A stretch of DNA of 64,000 bases from the human T2T-CHM13v2.0 reference genome, Homo sapiens. The DNA lies in the NCBI RefSeq assembly GCF_009914755.1, contig NC_060934.1, one strand, 5' to 3'. The notes under the pieces were generated by a model that searched no databases, was not told the origin of the DNA, and saw nothing but the letters and a program-made list of their open reading frames with translations. The position numbers and the translations under genes were made by a program. This document shows, piece after piece, positions 36,690-49,752 of this stretch. Position 1 is the stretch's first letter. Every line of letters begins with the position of its first letter.

Positions 36690-38960
36690 CCTAGAAAAAT
36701 TACATAACATTTCAAAATTACCCATAATTTCAGCATGATACCACTCTTATAATTTCTTCATACTTTCTTTCAGGCTGTTACCCACATTTTATATAGTTGT
36801 ACTACAACTATTATACAATTTTGTGATATGCTCTTTTTTACATAATGTTATCATGTAAAAATTCTCTTTTCACATAATATTTATAATTATAATTTGTAAT
36901 GGTTGTTGTTTAGTTCCTTTTCTCTAGTTAAAATTTTTTTTGCTATTACAAATGATGTTTCAGTAAACATGTTCTTCTACACATCATATTTACTTTCTGA
37001 TTATTTCTTTTGAATAAATTCCCAGTAGTGATTAGACTGTGTCAGAGAGTAGGAACATTTCATAGGTGCTGAATTGTATTGCCAAATTGTTTTGCAAGAG
37101 GGTTATACTAGCTTCTATTACTTCCAATAATTACTATTTGCCAATTTTACTAAAAATCTCATGATCATCAACTATTACCTAACAAAAATAAATGCTAATA
37201 AAACTTTTACCTAATAAAAATGAATGCTACTTTTGACACATGCATGTGAATGTTCATTACAGCACTATTCACAATAGCAAGGACATGGAATCAACCTAAA
37301 TGCCCATCAATGACCGACTGGATAAAGAAAATGTGGTACACATACACCATGGAATACTACGCAGCCATAAAAACGGATGAGATCATGTCTTTTGCAGGAA
37401 TCCCAGGAGCTGGGGTCTATTATCCTTAACAAATTAACACAGGAACAGAAAACGAGATACTGCATGTTCTCTCTTATAAGTGGGAGCTAAATGATATGAA
37501 CTTATGAACACAAAGAGGAAGCAACAGACGCTAGGGTCGACTTGAGAGTGGAGGGTGGGAGGAGGGAGAGGAGCAGAAAAGATACCTATTGGGCACTGGG
37601 CTTAATACTTGGGTGATGAAATACTCTGTACAACAAAACCCCATGGCACATGTTTACCTATGTAACAAACCTTCACATGTAACCCCGAACCTAAAAGTTA
37701 GAATAAATAAATAAATTAAATAAGTGGTACTTTTCATTTGCATTTTTGTTACTAGCTAATTTAAATATTTTTAAAACTAATGTATCTCTTCAAACTTAAA
37801 TTGTCTGGGCAAATCTTTGGTCCATTTATTCATTGGAGTCTTCATATTATTCTTACAAGATCCATTAAGATCTTTATACCCTATAAATATATAGCACTAC
37901 ATAAATAGCACTACAAAAAGTACTACAGTTTGTCTTTTTTTATATAAATATATTACCTAACTTGAATTTATTTTTACTTTTTATATTTTTACTGCAGAGG
38001 CATTTTAAAATTTGTTTGCAATTTATTACTTTGCAATTCCTTCAGTTGCTTCAATCTTTGGAAAGTTCTCATCCTTCCGTCTACCTGATATTCTATTTTA
38101 TTTTTGGCTGATTTTCATTGATTTGATCTTTTCCAGCTTAAATTTTTTTCCATATGGAGATTGGTTTTGGTACATAGAAAACAAGGAATAAAGGAATTTT
38201 CCTCACTCCCAACATTTATAAAATAATTCTTCATTTTGCTATTGCTTTTAATACTATATTGCATATTAAATTTTTCTGTTTAATTTATGAGCTTCTATCC
38301 TGTTCCACTGACCTATTTTATTTGTTTGTACTCTAGTCTTGTACTTTTTACTGCTGTTGTTTTATAGTATGGCTTTATATTTGATAGGACTGGCTTTTTT
38401 CTTTTCAACAACATTGTTGAGAGTCACACTATTTACTTTTTCAAATGAAGTCATAAATGACTTTTGTTTTATCCAAAATAAACTTCTGAAATTTCAAGTG
38501 AGATTACTTTAGCCTATATGTAATCTTAGGAAAAATTAGTAGCATTTTAAGCTTCCTTTATTCTAACCTTTTCTAGACCATTTATTCTAACCTTTTATAT
38601 TTTCCAATAAAGATGTCTTTGTGTAAGTCACTGGCATCTTTTATTATGCTGTTTCTTAGGTTTTTACATTAATACTTCTGAATGTTATTGTCAACAAGAC
38701 TCCTGCATAAACTCTAATTAATTTTCATTGATAAAAAAGAATGTAATTTATTTCATGTTTCATTTGTATTTAGCTAAAACTCTATATTTTGCTAGAAAAT
38801 TATAGAAATTATAATGTGTATGTTCTAGCAATAGTATAAAATAAATTTATATTTATACATTAGAACATGTATTTATATATTTATAGCAATAAATATACAT
38901 CTATTTAGCTAAACACTATATAGAGAAACATATATTTACAATATACATTTAGTTATTTCT
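36690..38960 (-). mobile_element. Highly decayed L1ME-type fragments
   Basis: ataaattcccagtagtg...tattgccaaattgttttgcaagagggttatac; ctatcctgttccactgacctattt; interrupted by a younger L1 at 37235. Confidence 0.6.
37235..37717 (+). mobile_element. L1PA13-16-like 5'-truncated 3' end with TSD
   Basis: gcactattcacaatagcaa...ggagggtgggaggagggagaggagcagaaaa...; degenerate TSD aaatgaatgctactttt (37218-34) / aaataagtggtactttt (37718-34). Confidence 0.9.
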
Positions 38961-39272
38961 AGAAGGAAAGACTGTAGATTAACTATTATAAAACCTAAAC
39001 CTCCACCATTATTTTAGGCATTCCTCACCTTTAACTTATTTATAGCCAAAAGTCTCCTATGGCAAATTATCTTAATTATCTGATTGTGCAAATAGTTTTT
39101 TTGAAACATATATAGGAGATTAGTTTTTAATAGTCAACGTGAATGTTAAATTACTAATCCTTTAAAAATTAACTGAGCTAAAATTATCATGGTTGTGGCC
39201 TTTGGGACCTACATCACTTATTTATCTCTATATTAGAGCCAATTCAAAATTATTCCTTGGGAATTTTATCAC

Positions 39273-39744
39273 TTCAGGTAAGATTCAAGTGCAAGTAATA
39301 GAAACTCATGAAGCCATGGCTAAAACAAGTGAGTCTCACAGATTCACAGTCATTGAGGCCCAGGCTTCTTCAAGCTGAGTCTCTGATGGAACAGCTGTCT
39401 GCTTCAACCTACGACAGCCTTCATCTGCATACTCCAAAATGGCTGTTGGAGTACCAGCCATCATCTTCTCATTCCATCTTCTCATTCTCGTTCCAAGCAG
39501 CAGGATAAAGAATGAGGAAAGAAAGGTACACTTCCCCCATTTTAATGAGACTTTCCAGAAGCTTCACAGCCCATTGCCTGTAACTTTGATATATGATCAA
39601 ATCTAGCTGCTGTCACGGAGCCTGAAGGATCTAATTATTTTTTTAACCCAGCAGCAATGTGCCCAGCTAAAAATTAGTTTTTCTTTTTTCAATTTGAGAG
39701 AGGAGGGTGAAAATAACTCTTTGGTAGGTAACTGTCTGGGCCAC
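39273..39744 (-). mobile_element. Old MaLR LTR (MLT1J-like)
   Basis: ccaaaatggctgttggagtaccagccatca...ttccaagcagcagga...tctagctgc...ctgggccaca. Confidence 0.6.
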
Positions 39745-39855
39745 AGAATCTTGACACTGACCAAATATAATTCTTTGACCTGAGGCAAGTCAAGATGGCC
39801 TTCTATTCAAACACGTATACTTTCAAAGCTTATCAGTCTTTACGTCAGTCTTCCT

Positions 39856-40273
39856 TGTCTTAGTCCATGTTGCATTGCTACAAAGGAATACCTGAGGCTG
39901 GGTAATTTATCAAGAAAGGAGGTTTATTTTGAGCTCACAGTTTTGCGAGCTGTACAAGAGGCATGGTGCTGGCATCTGCTTCTGGTGAGGGCCTCAAGAA
40001 GCTCACAATCATGGTGGAAGGCAAAGGGAGAGCAGGCAGTGTCACATGGGGAGAGAGGGAGCAAGAAAGAGGGGTGGAGAGGAAGTGCCAGGCTCTTTTA
40101 GACAACTAGCTCTGGTGTGAACCAATAGAGTGAAAACTCATTCATCACCAAGGGAATGGCACCAAGCCACTCATGAGGGTCTGCCCCCATGACCGGAACA
40201 CCTCCCACCCAGCTCTAGCTTTAATATTGGGAATCAAATTTCAACATGACATTTTGAGGGGACAAATACAGCA
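39856..40273 (-). mobile_element. MST (MSTB/MSTA-like) solo LTR
   Basis: tgtcttagtcc...gaatacctgaggctgggtaatttat...gcatctgcttctggtgagggcctc...atggcaccaagcc...aaatttcaacatga. Confidence 0.9.
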
Positions 40274-40935
40274 TTTTTCCCAGGAGAGCTGATTGTTAAG
40301 AGTATTTAACCAATACCATACACTATCTGACCCTGGGTACTTTTTAGAGCTTATAATTTTAAACTCACTCCTGCACAATGTCTGTCAATGTTGTTATTTG
40401 TATCTTAAATTGGTTCTCTTGAACAAATTGAAAAATATCCTATTCCAATTAAGTTTTGTAAGTTAGAAATGAAAAACTTTTGTCAAATTTTTCTTTTGCT
40501 ATATTTAAGATGAATTATTCATTTTTAAAAATTTGACCTACAACTGTGAATTATTTCATCAAGTTTTTTTTAGTAATTATAGTCAGTTCTTAGTTTGAAC
40601 TTTCCTTGCATTCCAGGAGTAAATTTATTGAACAATTATTTGTTTAAAGTATTACTGAATTATTCTTACTACATTTTATTTGAAAATTTCACATATATAT
40701 TCATAAGTCTTTCCACCCGTGTTTTCTGTTATCTTCATTTTGTTTTGGATGAGAACTAAATCATGATTAGATTAAGCTGTATTTTCATGGAGACTAAATT
40801 AGGTAATTTACCATATTTTTCTATGTTCAAAATAGTTTTATATAATAGTAATTTTCTATTCCTTATATTAATCTATTGGTTCTCTTTGCCTTTTGATATT
40901 CATAGGAAAGCAGTAATATTATTAAGAGTTTTTCA

Positions 40936-41634
40936 GCGGCTGGTACCGGTTGTTCCTTTCCATGTTTAGCGCTTCCTTCAGGAGCTCTTTTAGGGCAGGC
41001 CTGGTGGTGACAAAATCGGTCAGCATTTGCTTGTCTGTAAAGTATTTTATTTCTCCTTCACTTATGAAGCTTAGTTTGGCTGGATGACCCAGCCATCCCA
41101 TTGCTGGGTATATACCCAAATGACTATAAATCATGCTGCTATAAAGACACATGCACACGTATGTTTATTGCGGCATTATTCACAATAGCAAAGACTTCGA
41201 ACCAACCCAAATGTCCAACAATGATAGACTGGATTAAGAAAATGTGGCACATATACACCATGGAATACTATGCAGCCATAAAAAATGATGAGTTCATGTC
41301 CTTTGTAGGGACATGGATGAAATTGGAAACCATCATTCTCAGTAAACTATCGCAAGAACAAAAAACCAAACACCGCATATTCTCACTCATAGGTGGGAAT
41401 TGAACAATGAGATCACATGGACACAGGAAGGGGAATATCACACTCTGGGGACTGTGGTGGGGAGGGGGGAGGGGGGAGGGATAGCATTGGGAGATATACC
41501 TAATGCTAGATGACGAGTTAGTGGGTGCAGCGCACCAGCATGGCACATGTATACATATGTAACTAACCTGCACAATGTGCACATGTACCCTAAAACTTAA
41601 AGTATAATTAAAAATAAAAAAAAATTTAAAAAAA
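40936..41634 (+). mobile_element. Young L1 (L1PA2-type) with 5' inversion and perfect 12-bp TSD
   Basis: 40936-41085 antisense ORF1 C-terminus (PAKLSFISEGEIKYFTDKQML.DFVTTRPALKELLKEALNMERNNRYQPL); 41086-41634 sense ORF2 end, 3' UTR and tail; TSD aagagtttttca at 40924-35 and 41635-46; GAG (not ACA/ACG) at the Ta-diagnostic site. Confidence 0.95.
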
Positions 41635-41649
41635 AAGAGTTTTTCAATT

Positions 41650-42715
41650 CTTTCTTTGTGTATTGATCTATGCAAGACTTCTTGTGCTCATTTTCAAGTT
41701 TTAAATGATCAGAATTTCATTTACTTTATCAGGTTTCAAAATTGACCATACTGAGGCATAATATCGCTATTTTAATATTACATTTATTTTTATTATGATA
41801 TTTTTCTCATTTAGAATTTTGTTTCTCAACTTTTCTTCCCAATTACATTTTCTGGAGGTTCTTCTAATATATTAATCTTTTAAAAGATTGAGTGCTCTAA
41901 TTTATCAACTCTTCCAGTTTATATTCATAATTTACTTGTTCTTGCTTGTACCCTTATTATTTTCTTCTACTTATTTGCTTCAGTTTATTCTTTTCTGTCT
42001 TGTCTACAATCTTAAAATTAGATATTATGCCACTTTGTCTTTCTTAAAATTGGGGCATCTAATTTAAAAGTCTAAATTCAGTTATTAGAATGTATACATG
42101 TTTATATCTATATGGGTTTTTAAATTACCATTATTTTCTTGTCTGCTCTTAAACCACTTGTGGGTATATTTAATGTATATATAAATCCTGAGATATTTAG
42201 TGAAGTTTTAACAAATTATAGTTTGGCGATTTAAAGCTTATTGAGATCTTTCTTTGTGGAAGTATTTTGTATTCAGTTTCTAAATATTCTGAGGATACAC
42301 AAACAAGGACTGTTCCATGGTTATAAAACAAAAATCTAACACATATTTATTAATTCCTCCATTATTTATCTTTTTAACCTCCTCGATGTCTTCTTGTCTA
42401 CTTATTTGGTATTAATTTTAGGTTTTGTTTTTAAGTATTTTATGCCTTTGTTAATTGTCTTTTGTCTTTGGCTTATCCTTGTCTTCCTTCATACTTTGTT
42501 ACATGAAAGTCCATGTTACTGTTATTAATTACCTGGGTCCTGCTTTCTTTTTGTTCCATTGCAATACCTCTTTTCCTGTGCTTTTGTTTTACTATATTTG
42601 TGTATATCTATGCTCCTTTTAAGGTGTCTCTTCTCTTGAATTACATAATTGATTTTGATAGTTTGCCTCTTAATGCAAGCAAGTTTGAGCATTTATGTTT
42701 ATTTTTAATTAATTA
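41650..42715 (-). mobile_element. Decayed old L1M fragments (also 40400-40920)
   Basis: T-rich antisense L1-like sequence, e.g. ttttaaggtgtctcttctc, cttattattttcttctactt. Confidence 0.5.
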
Positions 42716-42847
42716 GCTAATTAATTAAACCAGTCATTTGAAACCTACTTATTTGAAGACCCCTATGTGCCAGGCAGTACTCTAAATGCTTAGGATGGTC
42801 ATTATTGCAGTGGAATAATTACTACTATGTGATTTGTCTTTTGTTAT

Positions 42848-43211
42848 TGATATGGTTTGGTTCTGAGTCCCCACCCAAATCTCATCTTCTAGCTCCCATA
42901 ATTCCCAAGTGTTGTGGGAGGGACCCAGTGGGAGATCACTGAATCATGGAGGTGTCTTTCCCGTGCTGTTCTCATGACAGTGAATAAGTCTCACGAGATC
43001 CGATGGCTTTAAAAATGGGAATTTGCCTGCACAAGCTCTCTCATTGCCTGCTGCCATCCACGTAATATGTGACTTGCTCCTCCTTGCCTTAGACCATGAT
43101 TATGAGGGCTCCCCAACCACACGGAACTGTGAGTCCAGTTAAACCTCTTTCTTTGTAAATTGTCCAGTCTGGGGTATGTCTTTATCAGCAGTATGAAAAC
43201 GGACTAATACC
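42848..43211 (+). mobile_element. THE1 (A/B-like) solo LTR with 5-bp TSD
   Basis: tgatatggtttgg...ccccacccaaatctcatctt...ctttatcagcagtatgaaaacggactaatac; TSD gttat at 42843-47 and 43212-16. Confidence 0.95.
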
Positions 43212-43284
43212 GTTATCATGTCGTGTATTTTTCATGAAATACACAAGTAAAAAGGTCATCAGATTTAAAATCAACAATGTAATT

Positions 43285-43355
43285 CAATCTCTCAGCCTCA
43301 CTGAGCTCCAGTTTCCTATTTGTAAAATGGAACTATCAATAACACCTACCACAAC
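43285..43355 (+). mobile_element. MIR core fragment
   Basis: ctgagctccagtttcctatttgtaaaatgg...aataacacctacc. Confidence 0.65.
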
Positions 43356-43899
43356 AAAACAAGCCCCTACCTCTAGCTTGTGTATATCTGATATACATTA
43401 GGGTTACTCTGATTGGAGATTTCATTTTCCCTTTTTGGCCTATAGGTTAAGTCACATCTCTGTGGATAGGTACAGTTATTACCGAAAACACTTGATAATC
43501 ATTCTTAATGCTATATTTGACTATATTTATTGTTAATATTTTTGGACTGATTTTTATGGCAGACAAAGACTGTTGGCATTTTGAAATTCCCTCCTTTTCC
43601 TTCATTCATTCACTTTTTCATTTATTTAACCTAAAATCCTGAAATATCTCTATTTTGCTTCTTCAGTTTTCTTGACTTAAAGAGTTTTTTTTTAGTTCAG
43701 TGGTAGCTTCAACTAGTTAAACTTATCAGTAACAAGGCTTTTCTTAATATGTGTTGCTTATTTACTTTTCACCATCTATTAACCTATGCTTGTTACATCC
43801 ACCAACATCCTTTAAGAAAAAGGGTTTGTGAATTTTACATGTTCTAAGACAGCTATTCTGAGAATGCCTTTTAGTTTACTCTATATACTGACCCTAGTC

Positions 43900-44600
43900 A
43901 ACTGCATATACTTCTATGACATCATCATTCTCTTCATACTGAAGTCACTCAAATCTATATCTGCAGCCCAAACCCATTGATTTTACCATCTGCCTACAGG
44001 ATATTTCCCTGGCATGTGCCCAAAATTTCCCCCAAACTGCTGCTTCTTCTGAATTCCCCAGTCCAGTTGTTCCAGCAGAAACATCAGTATCAACTTCAAC
44101 TTCACACTCTTCCATTCCTTTCCTTCCATCTGTGTCTTAAATATCTCTCAAGTACATTTGCTTCTTTCTAACTCTATTGCCACCACCCCGGTCCAAGTTA
44201 TCATCATTTCTTGTCTGAACAACGGCAACAAGGTCCCTACTCATCCCTCTCCCACCAAGCTTTATTCATATTTGATTTATTCTCCCCTGCACATCCAGAG
44301 GATTTCTTAAATGTAAAACTGTTTCTCATCCTCTTAGTTGAAACACTTTGGTAGCTCTCCAGTGTACTCAGGATAGAGTCAAGAGTCCTTAATGTGGTTT
44401 GTCCACCAAGTGCCCACCCAGCCTTGCTTCTCACCATCCCTCTGTACTCTCCTACTCTACCCCCTTTCCCTGGATGATCCCTTCCCATCCTTCCAGGCTC
44501 CGTGTTGCTACCCAACCCCAACTCCACCCCTGGCCCTAACATCACACTCAAAACCCTCCATGTTTCCTGAGCGCTCTAAGTTAAATGAATATATGAACTT
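43900..44600 (+). mobile_element. L2 fragment
   Basis: tgccaccaccccggtccaag..tcatcatttcttgtctgaac...actcaggatagagtcaagagtcctt. Confidence 0.75.
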
Positions 44601-45290
44601 CTGACTCAGTTGTCTTTATGAATGAAACACATTCTTTAGCCACATTCTTTCTCCTTGAAATGCGATTCCACCATGTCTAACTTTGATCATTTAAATGGGA
44701 AAGGATAAAAACCCTCTCCAGTTTATTCTCCTTTCTAAGTAACCTCAATTTTTTACTTGTAAACAAGGAATATCCCTTTTCTTTTCATGAAGCTATATTT
44801 CAGTGTTAGTCCCTGTCTATAGCACATCAACTCTATAGCCTTCTCAATTTATAGTCTCATGTGCACACATATTCCTCTCTTCAGGAACTCCTATCACCCA
44901 CCTAGGATCCGTTCTCTACCCTCCAGTTCTATATACTTTTTGCTATATATTCAGCTTATATGATTTCATTTTATCTTCTCTACTGATCTAATTTTCATAT
45001 TTTAATTCTAATTTTTATTACTTCCAATGGTAAGCTAATGCTGTTTTCTTTTTTTGATTCAGTTTTCTGCCTTTTCTCTCTCTCTCTTTCTCCTTTCCTC
45101 CCTCTCTCCCTCCCTTCCTCTCTTTCTTCCCATATCAGGATAAATAAGATGAAGATGTTTAGTAACCATGCATCTTTGGTTATATCTTTGAATATAAATT
45201 CCAGCCATTCTCAGAAATATTTTGTTTTTTTGTAAACATGCATTTCAGGTGTAGTCTTACAAGTTCTTTTTTTTTCTTCTTAAGTTTTCT

Positions 45291-45587
45291 CTTTTTTTTT
45301 TTTTTTTTTTGACACAGGTTCTTGCGCTGTCCCTGGCTGGAGTGCAATGACACTGCAGCCTTAAACTTCAGGCTCGAACAACCGTACTCCTACCTCAGCC
45401 TTCTGAGTAGCTGGGACTATAGATGCCAGTTGCAAGCCACTGTGCCTTGCTAATTTTTTTGTAATTTTGTAAAGGTGGAGTGTCAGTATGTTGTCCAGGC
45501 TGATCTCAAACTCTTAACCTCAAGCAGTCCTCCAACCTCAGCCTCCCAAAGTGCTGTGGTTACAGGTGTAACCCACTGTGCCCAGCC
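45291..45587 (-). mobile_element. AluJ
   Basis: Poly(T), cactgcagcctt, caagcagtcctcc..cctcagcctcccaaagtgct...gtgcccagcc; highly diverged. Confidence 0.9.
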
Positions 45588-47369
45588 TCAAACCTTTTTT
45601 TCAGAGCTACTTTTATTTCTGATTATTCATGCATTCTTAAATTTCACCTTCCAATCTTTGCTGAAATTTCTGAAAGTGGCCTATGTTTCAGGTAACATTG
45701 ACGATTTTTTTAATAGAATTTTAAAGGAGGGGTTTGCTACTGTTCTTGTGTGGTTGTCATTCTAAATGTCTCCCTCTAAAGGAGATACTTTTAAAGGACT
45801 CGTTTGGAGGATGGATAAGAAGGCAACAGAACAGTTAGGAGGTTTGCAATAAACAGTGTCTGTAGCAATACAAGCTTAGATTACAATAACAATGGGAAAC
45901 AAACAAACATGAAAAGGCTGACCATGAGATATATTCTAACTGACTTCATCCAAATCTGGTGTTCTGCAGCATGAACTAGATCAATGAATCATTCTGTCAT
46001 TTAACCCATTTGACATGGGACAAATTTAAAATGCTAACAGCTATCAATTTTCTTGGGCAGTAATGACAATCAGTATTGTTTTTGAGCACTCTTGAAGTAA
46101 GTAAAGCACAATTCCCCCAAAAAAATCTATAAGAGCTGCCTTTTCATCAGCTTTCTGTGTGCAAGCACCCGTCATCTAAGCCACACAACTCAACAGGACA
46201 ATCTGATTAGGGCCTTGAGCTGCAGGAGGGGAGGCAGCCACACTTTGCAGCCCTGCCTGGTCTACTGTCAGCCCACTGTTAGCCCCTTATCCCTACATGA
46301 CTGTTAAAAGTAAACTACAGTAATAGAGTTAATTCTTCTTTTCACATTGCCCCAATATTACCAGCATCATTATTGGAGTAGTTGGGTCTCTTGAGATATG
46401 TTCTGGAAAGATCTTGCAAATAGGAGTTAAATGCCTGCCTGCATTGAAGAGTAACAAAAATGTAAATTTCAGTCATCTTACTCGTAAAGTAGACGTATTT
46501 CACCAAGGCCAGATGAATCTAACAGCTGCATTTCCATTCTTGTGTGTTGCTAAGTAAAAACAGACCTACAGAATAGTCAAACAGGCAGAAGTGCTTCTCT
46601 AAATACATACAGTGTGCAGAGACCCTGGCCAGTGGAAAGGATCCCAACAGGGACCCCTAAAGAGATGTGATGACACATTGCAGGAGAGAAGAAGGCTTTC
46701 CACATTGGAAGTACTTAAATAAATACTGTGTAGCTTAGGAATGCTTAAAAGCAACACTTTAGGTCTGTTTCGAGGTAACTAGCAGGAAATGGCCCAGAGA
46801 TATTCTGCTTTAGATGGAGTTGGAAATTATGTGTATTCAATTCTTGCTTGACTCTACCGAGTGACCATAAATTTCAAAGCTGTGACCTCTAATTGTTGCT
46901 CAGAAACGTACTTGTGCCATAGCCCTTAAAAAGCCACGTAATCCTCTCACTTCCTCCATTTTTAAGAAAGCCCTGCTTTAAAAAGCACATTAATGTCTCA
47001 CTCTTCAAATATTTTTGAGGACCTTCATTGTGCTGAGGCAGGCAGGCATAAAGGGCTCTGTGCTGCCATCTGGGAATTCCCAGAGTAGGTGCCAGAGTGG
47101 CACCATGAATCAATAAGGCAGGTGATGGGTCAGCAGGAAATTGTATACAAATCCAGCCAATGGAAAAGACTGGATTTGGATAGGGGACAGGAGAAGAGCA
47201 GCCATGCTAGAGGAGCAACATTTACGTCCCTGGTGAATGCAGAGAGCCCTTTCTTCTCTGGTCCTCTGAGGCATTGTCTGTTAGCATTGCTAGCACTGCA
47301 TCATCATCATTTGTTTTTAGTTCATCTCTGCAAGTCATGGTGGGATCTTCAAAATCAGGCACCATGACT

Positions 47370-47447
47370 TACTCATTTCTTCCCCATAGTGCCTGGCATG
47401 TAGCATATGCTCAATCTCTGTGTGTCCAGTAAATAAATGGATGAACA
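47370..47447 (+). mobile_element. L2 3' terminus
   Basis: catagtgcctggcatgtagcatatgctcaat...aaataaatggatgaa. Confidence 0.65.
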
Positions 47448-47712
47448 ATAACGTTTCATCATCAAAGTGAGAATAAAGCTGCCATGTCCATTAATATAGG
47501 AGAGATTGGCTTCCCACCTTCATGTGGGCGGGAACTGTCCTCAATGGCCATGCCTGCTGGAGGAGGGCTTCATAGGACTCACATGTATGGGAAGGAGTTC
47601 CTGGTAGATCCACCCACAGCAAAGGGCCAAAGGTTGGGAGATGGAAATCACCCATCAGGCATCAGAATTGGAGGGGCTGAGCAGAAGTAGGATTTTTTTT
47701 AAATTGGTAAGA

Positions 47713-47887
47713 GAGGGGTTTGGGGAAGGAGAGCATCAGAAAGAATAGCTAATGGATGCTGGGCTTAATAAATAGGTGATGGGATGATCTGTGCAGGAAA
47801 ACAGTATGGCACACATACACCTATGTAACCTGCACATCCTGCACAAGTACCCCTGAACTTAAACTACAAGTTGAAGGAAAAAAAAAG
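47713..47887 (+). mobile_element. L1PA (about PA10-13) 3' UTR end
   Basis: gagagcatcagaaagaatagctaatggatgctgggcttaata...cctgcacatcctgcacaagtacccctgaacttaaa plus A tail. Confidence 0.85.
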
Positions 47888-48475
47888 GTAAAAAATGGCA
47901 TATTGCTGTTTAATTAATTGTTTCTTTAATTCTTTCTTGCTGTATTATTATTTGCACTTTTGTTCTCCTTCTGTTTGTTGATCACTTGTACACCTCCCTT
48001 TTTATTGCTTAGTAAATTGTCATTCATGCTCCTTGCCAAGTTTTCCAACTTTCCTCTTTTTTTTTTTTTTTGCTTTTCTATTCAGGGAAATTCATTGTGT
48101 ACTAATAATTTTGACACTGTGTTACATTTTCAGCAGTTTGATAGTTATGTTTTTTATTTTTATACACAAACTGTTGTTGGTAAAATATAATCATTAAGGC
48201 CACATTCTAGGATGTAGAAGTTTCAATATGCAAAGCATTTTTCTACCAGCTTGTTCTGTTTAATAAAGAAAATAATTATTGGTTTCCTTGGAAGAGGAAT
48301 TTTACTTATAAAAACTGCTTCAATAGAAAAAAAGATAAAATTTGGTAACAGTTGGTAAAGATGGGTAAGTAAAATAAAGCAAAGAGATGACATGGAGTGG
48401 TTGAGTACAGGAATGACAAAGGGCCTTGAGGCATGACCTGGTACAAATCCTTTGTGCTGAGGACAGAGTCCTCAA

Positions 48476-48633
48476 GGAGTGTTGCCAGATAAAATATGTC
48501 TTAAATATGCCATGGGATATACTTACACTAAATACTCCATGCGACATACTTGTACTAAAAAAAAAAAGTATTTGTTGTTTATCTGAAATTCAAATGTGTC
48601 TTGACGTTTTATTTGCTAAACCCAGCAACCCTG
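48476..48633. mobile_element. MER53 hAT MITE
   Basis: gttgccagataaaata...gacatacttgtactaaaaaa..tatttgttgtttatctgaaattcaaat...gcaaccctg. Confidence 0.8.
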
Positions 48634-49062
48634 TCTTCATAGAGCAACCAGGATGGAAATCAGGATGCACAAGACTAGTGGAATGAGATTAAGAAAAGTT
48701 AAATCCCATGAGGCTTCACAGCTCAGCAACTTTATCCAAACACATTATTATTTAGTGATCAAGGACCCTCTCAAAAGACAAGAACAGATGTAGGGAGTGA
48801 GACGGTGATGTGATTCTCAAGGAATAGTAAATATTCTTGGGTGTTCTCTCCTCCTGAGACTTTCCCACCTGTGCCTAGGGTCACCTGAACTTTTAAACAT
48901 CCCACATGTGGCTTCTGCCTAGCTGCCAGTCACACAGCCTTCCTCACTAGATCCTACCCTCCAGAGGCTCGGGGGTAAGAAAACCCTCCCCTGGTCTCCC
49001 CTGTGAGAAACAAGGGACTGAATGAATTTTCCACATGGTGGAAAATTTTCTGTGGTGGTGGG

Positions 49063-49470
49063 TGTACCTTAGTGGACATTTGGCTACAAAATTCCTACTT
49101 AAAACATCTTAGACAGGAGTTTGTTTTTCCTGCATAATAAGACATATGGAGGTGGGAGGCTTCAGGCACTGGCTTCTTTGCTCAGTGATGTCAAGTCCAC
49201 ATGCCTGAAATGCTCTCAGTTTCTACCTCATGGTTGCAAGCTGGCTGCTGCAGCGCCAGCTACTGCATTCTTGTTCAAGGCAAAAAGAAGGCAAAGAATT
49301 AGGGCCGTTCAGCTGCTCCTGATCCTAGTCTTCTTTCCTTAAGGAAACAAATGGCTTCCTGAACCCTACCCATCTCCACAGACGTTTGGTTATGTCACAT
49401 AAAAGACTACAGTGGGAGATAATTAGGAAGAAAGAGTTGGGCGTGGCTTTTGGGTTTTCAAAAAACAGTT
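49063..49470 (-). mobile_element. Old MaLR LTR (MLT1K/L-like)
   Basis: gctcagtgatgtca...cctcatggttgcaagctggctgctgcagcgccagc...ttcaaggca. Confidence 0.6.
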
Positions 49471-49519
49471 GAAAGGACTGGCCAGCTTTCAGAAAGGGGC
49501 AGCTGCAAGAAACACTAAA

Positions 49520-49752
49520 AAGAACTCAGGCTCTGGGATCCATGTTAGATCAAATGCAGGCTCTACCCCTCACTACTCATGTGTCTTTGAGGAAGGCACT
49601 TAATCTTTGTCAATGCTCATCCCCCCATTTGCAAAATGAGGGTCAAATGGTGACCTCAAAGTAGAGGGAGATGAGGACCAGAGATAATGTACATTAGGCC
49701 CCTGGAATGGTGTGTGGCAGTAGATACAAAATGAAGAGTGGCTACTATTATT
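49520..49752 (+). mobile_element. MIR SINE
   Basis: caggctctggga...ggctctacccctcactactcatgtgtctttg...ccccatttgcaaaatgaggg...gagataatgtac. Confidence 0.8.

Noticed and set aside
5096-37743. Seven perfect octamers (near 5096, 15734, 20445, 22857, 23320, 26198, 37736)
   Set aside because: About four are expected by chance at this AT content, so the window-wide excess is not convincing
38558-38596. Short duplication of ttattctaacctttt (similar case at 37175-37230)
   Set aside because: Ordinary slippage duplications within decayed L1
41101-41403. 100-aa ORF with strong protein similarity (also 27148-27351)
   Set aside because: C-terminus of L1 ORF2 in 5'-truncated insertions, not a host gene
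43224-43245. Short quasi-palindrome gtgtatttttcatgaaatacac
   Set aside because: 8-bp AT-rich arms with a bulge can arise by chance
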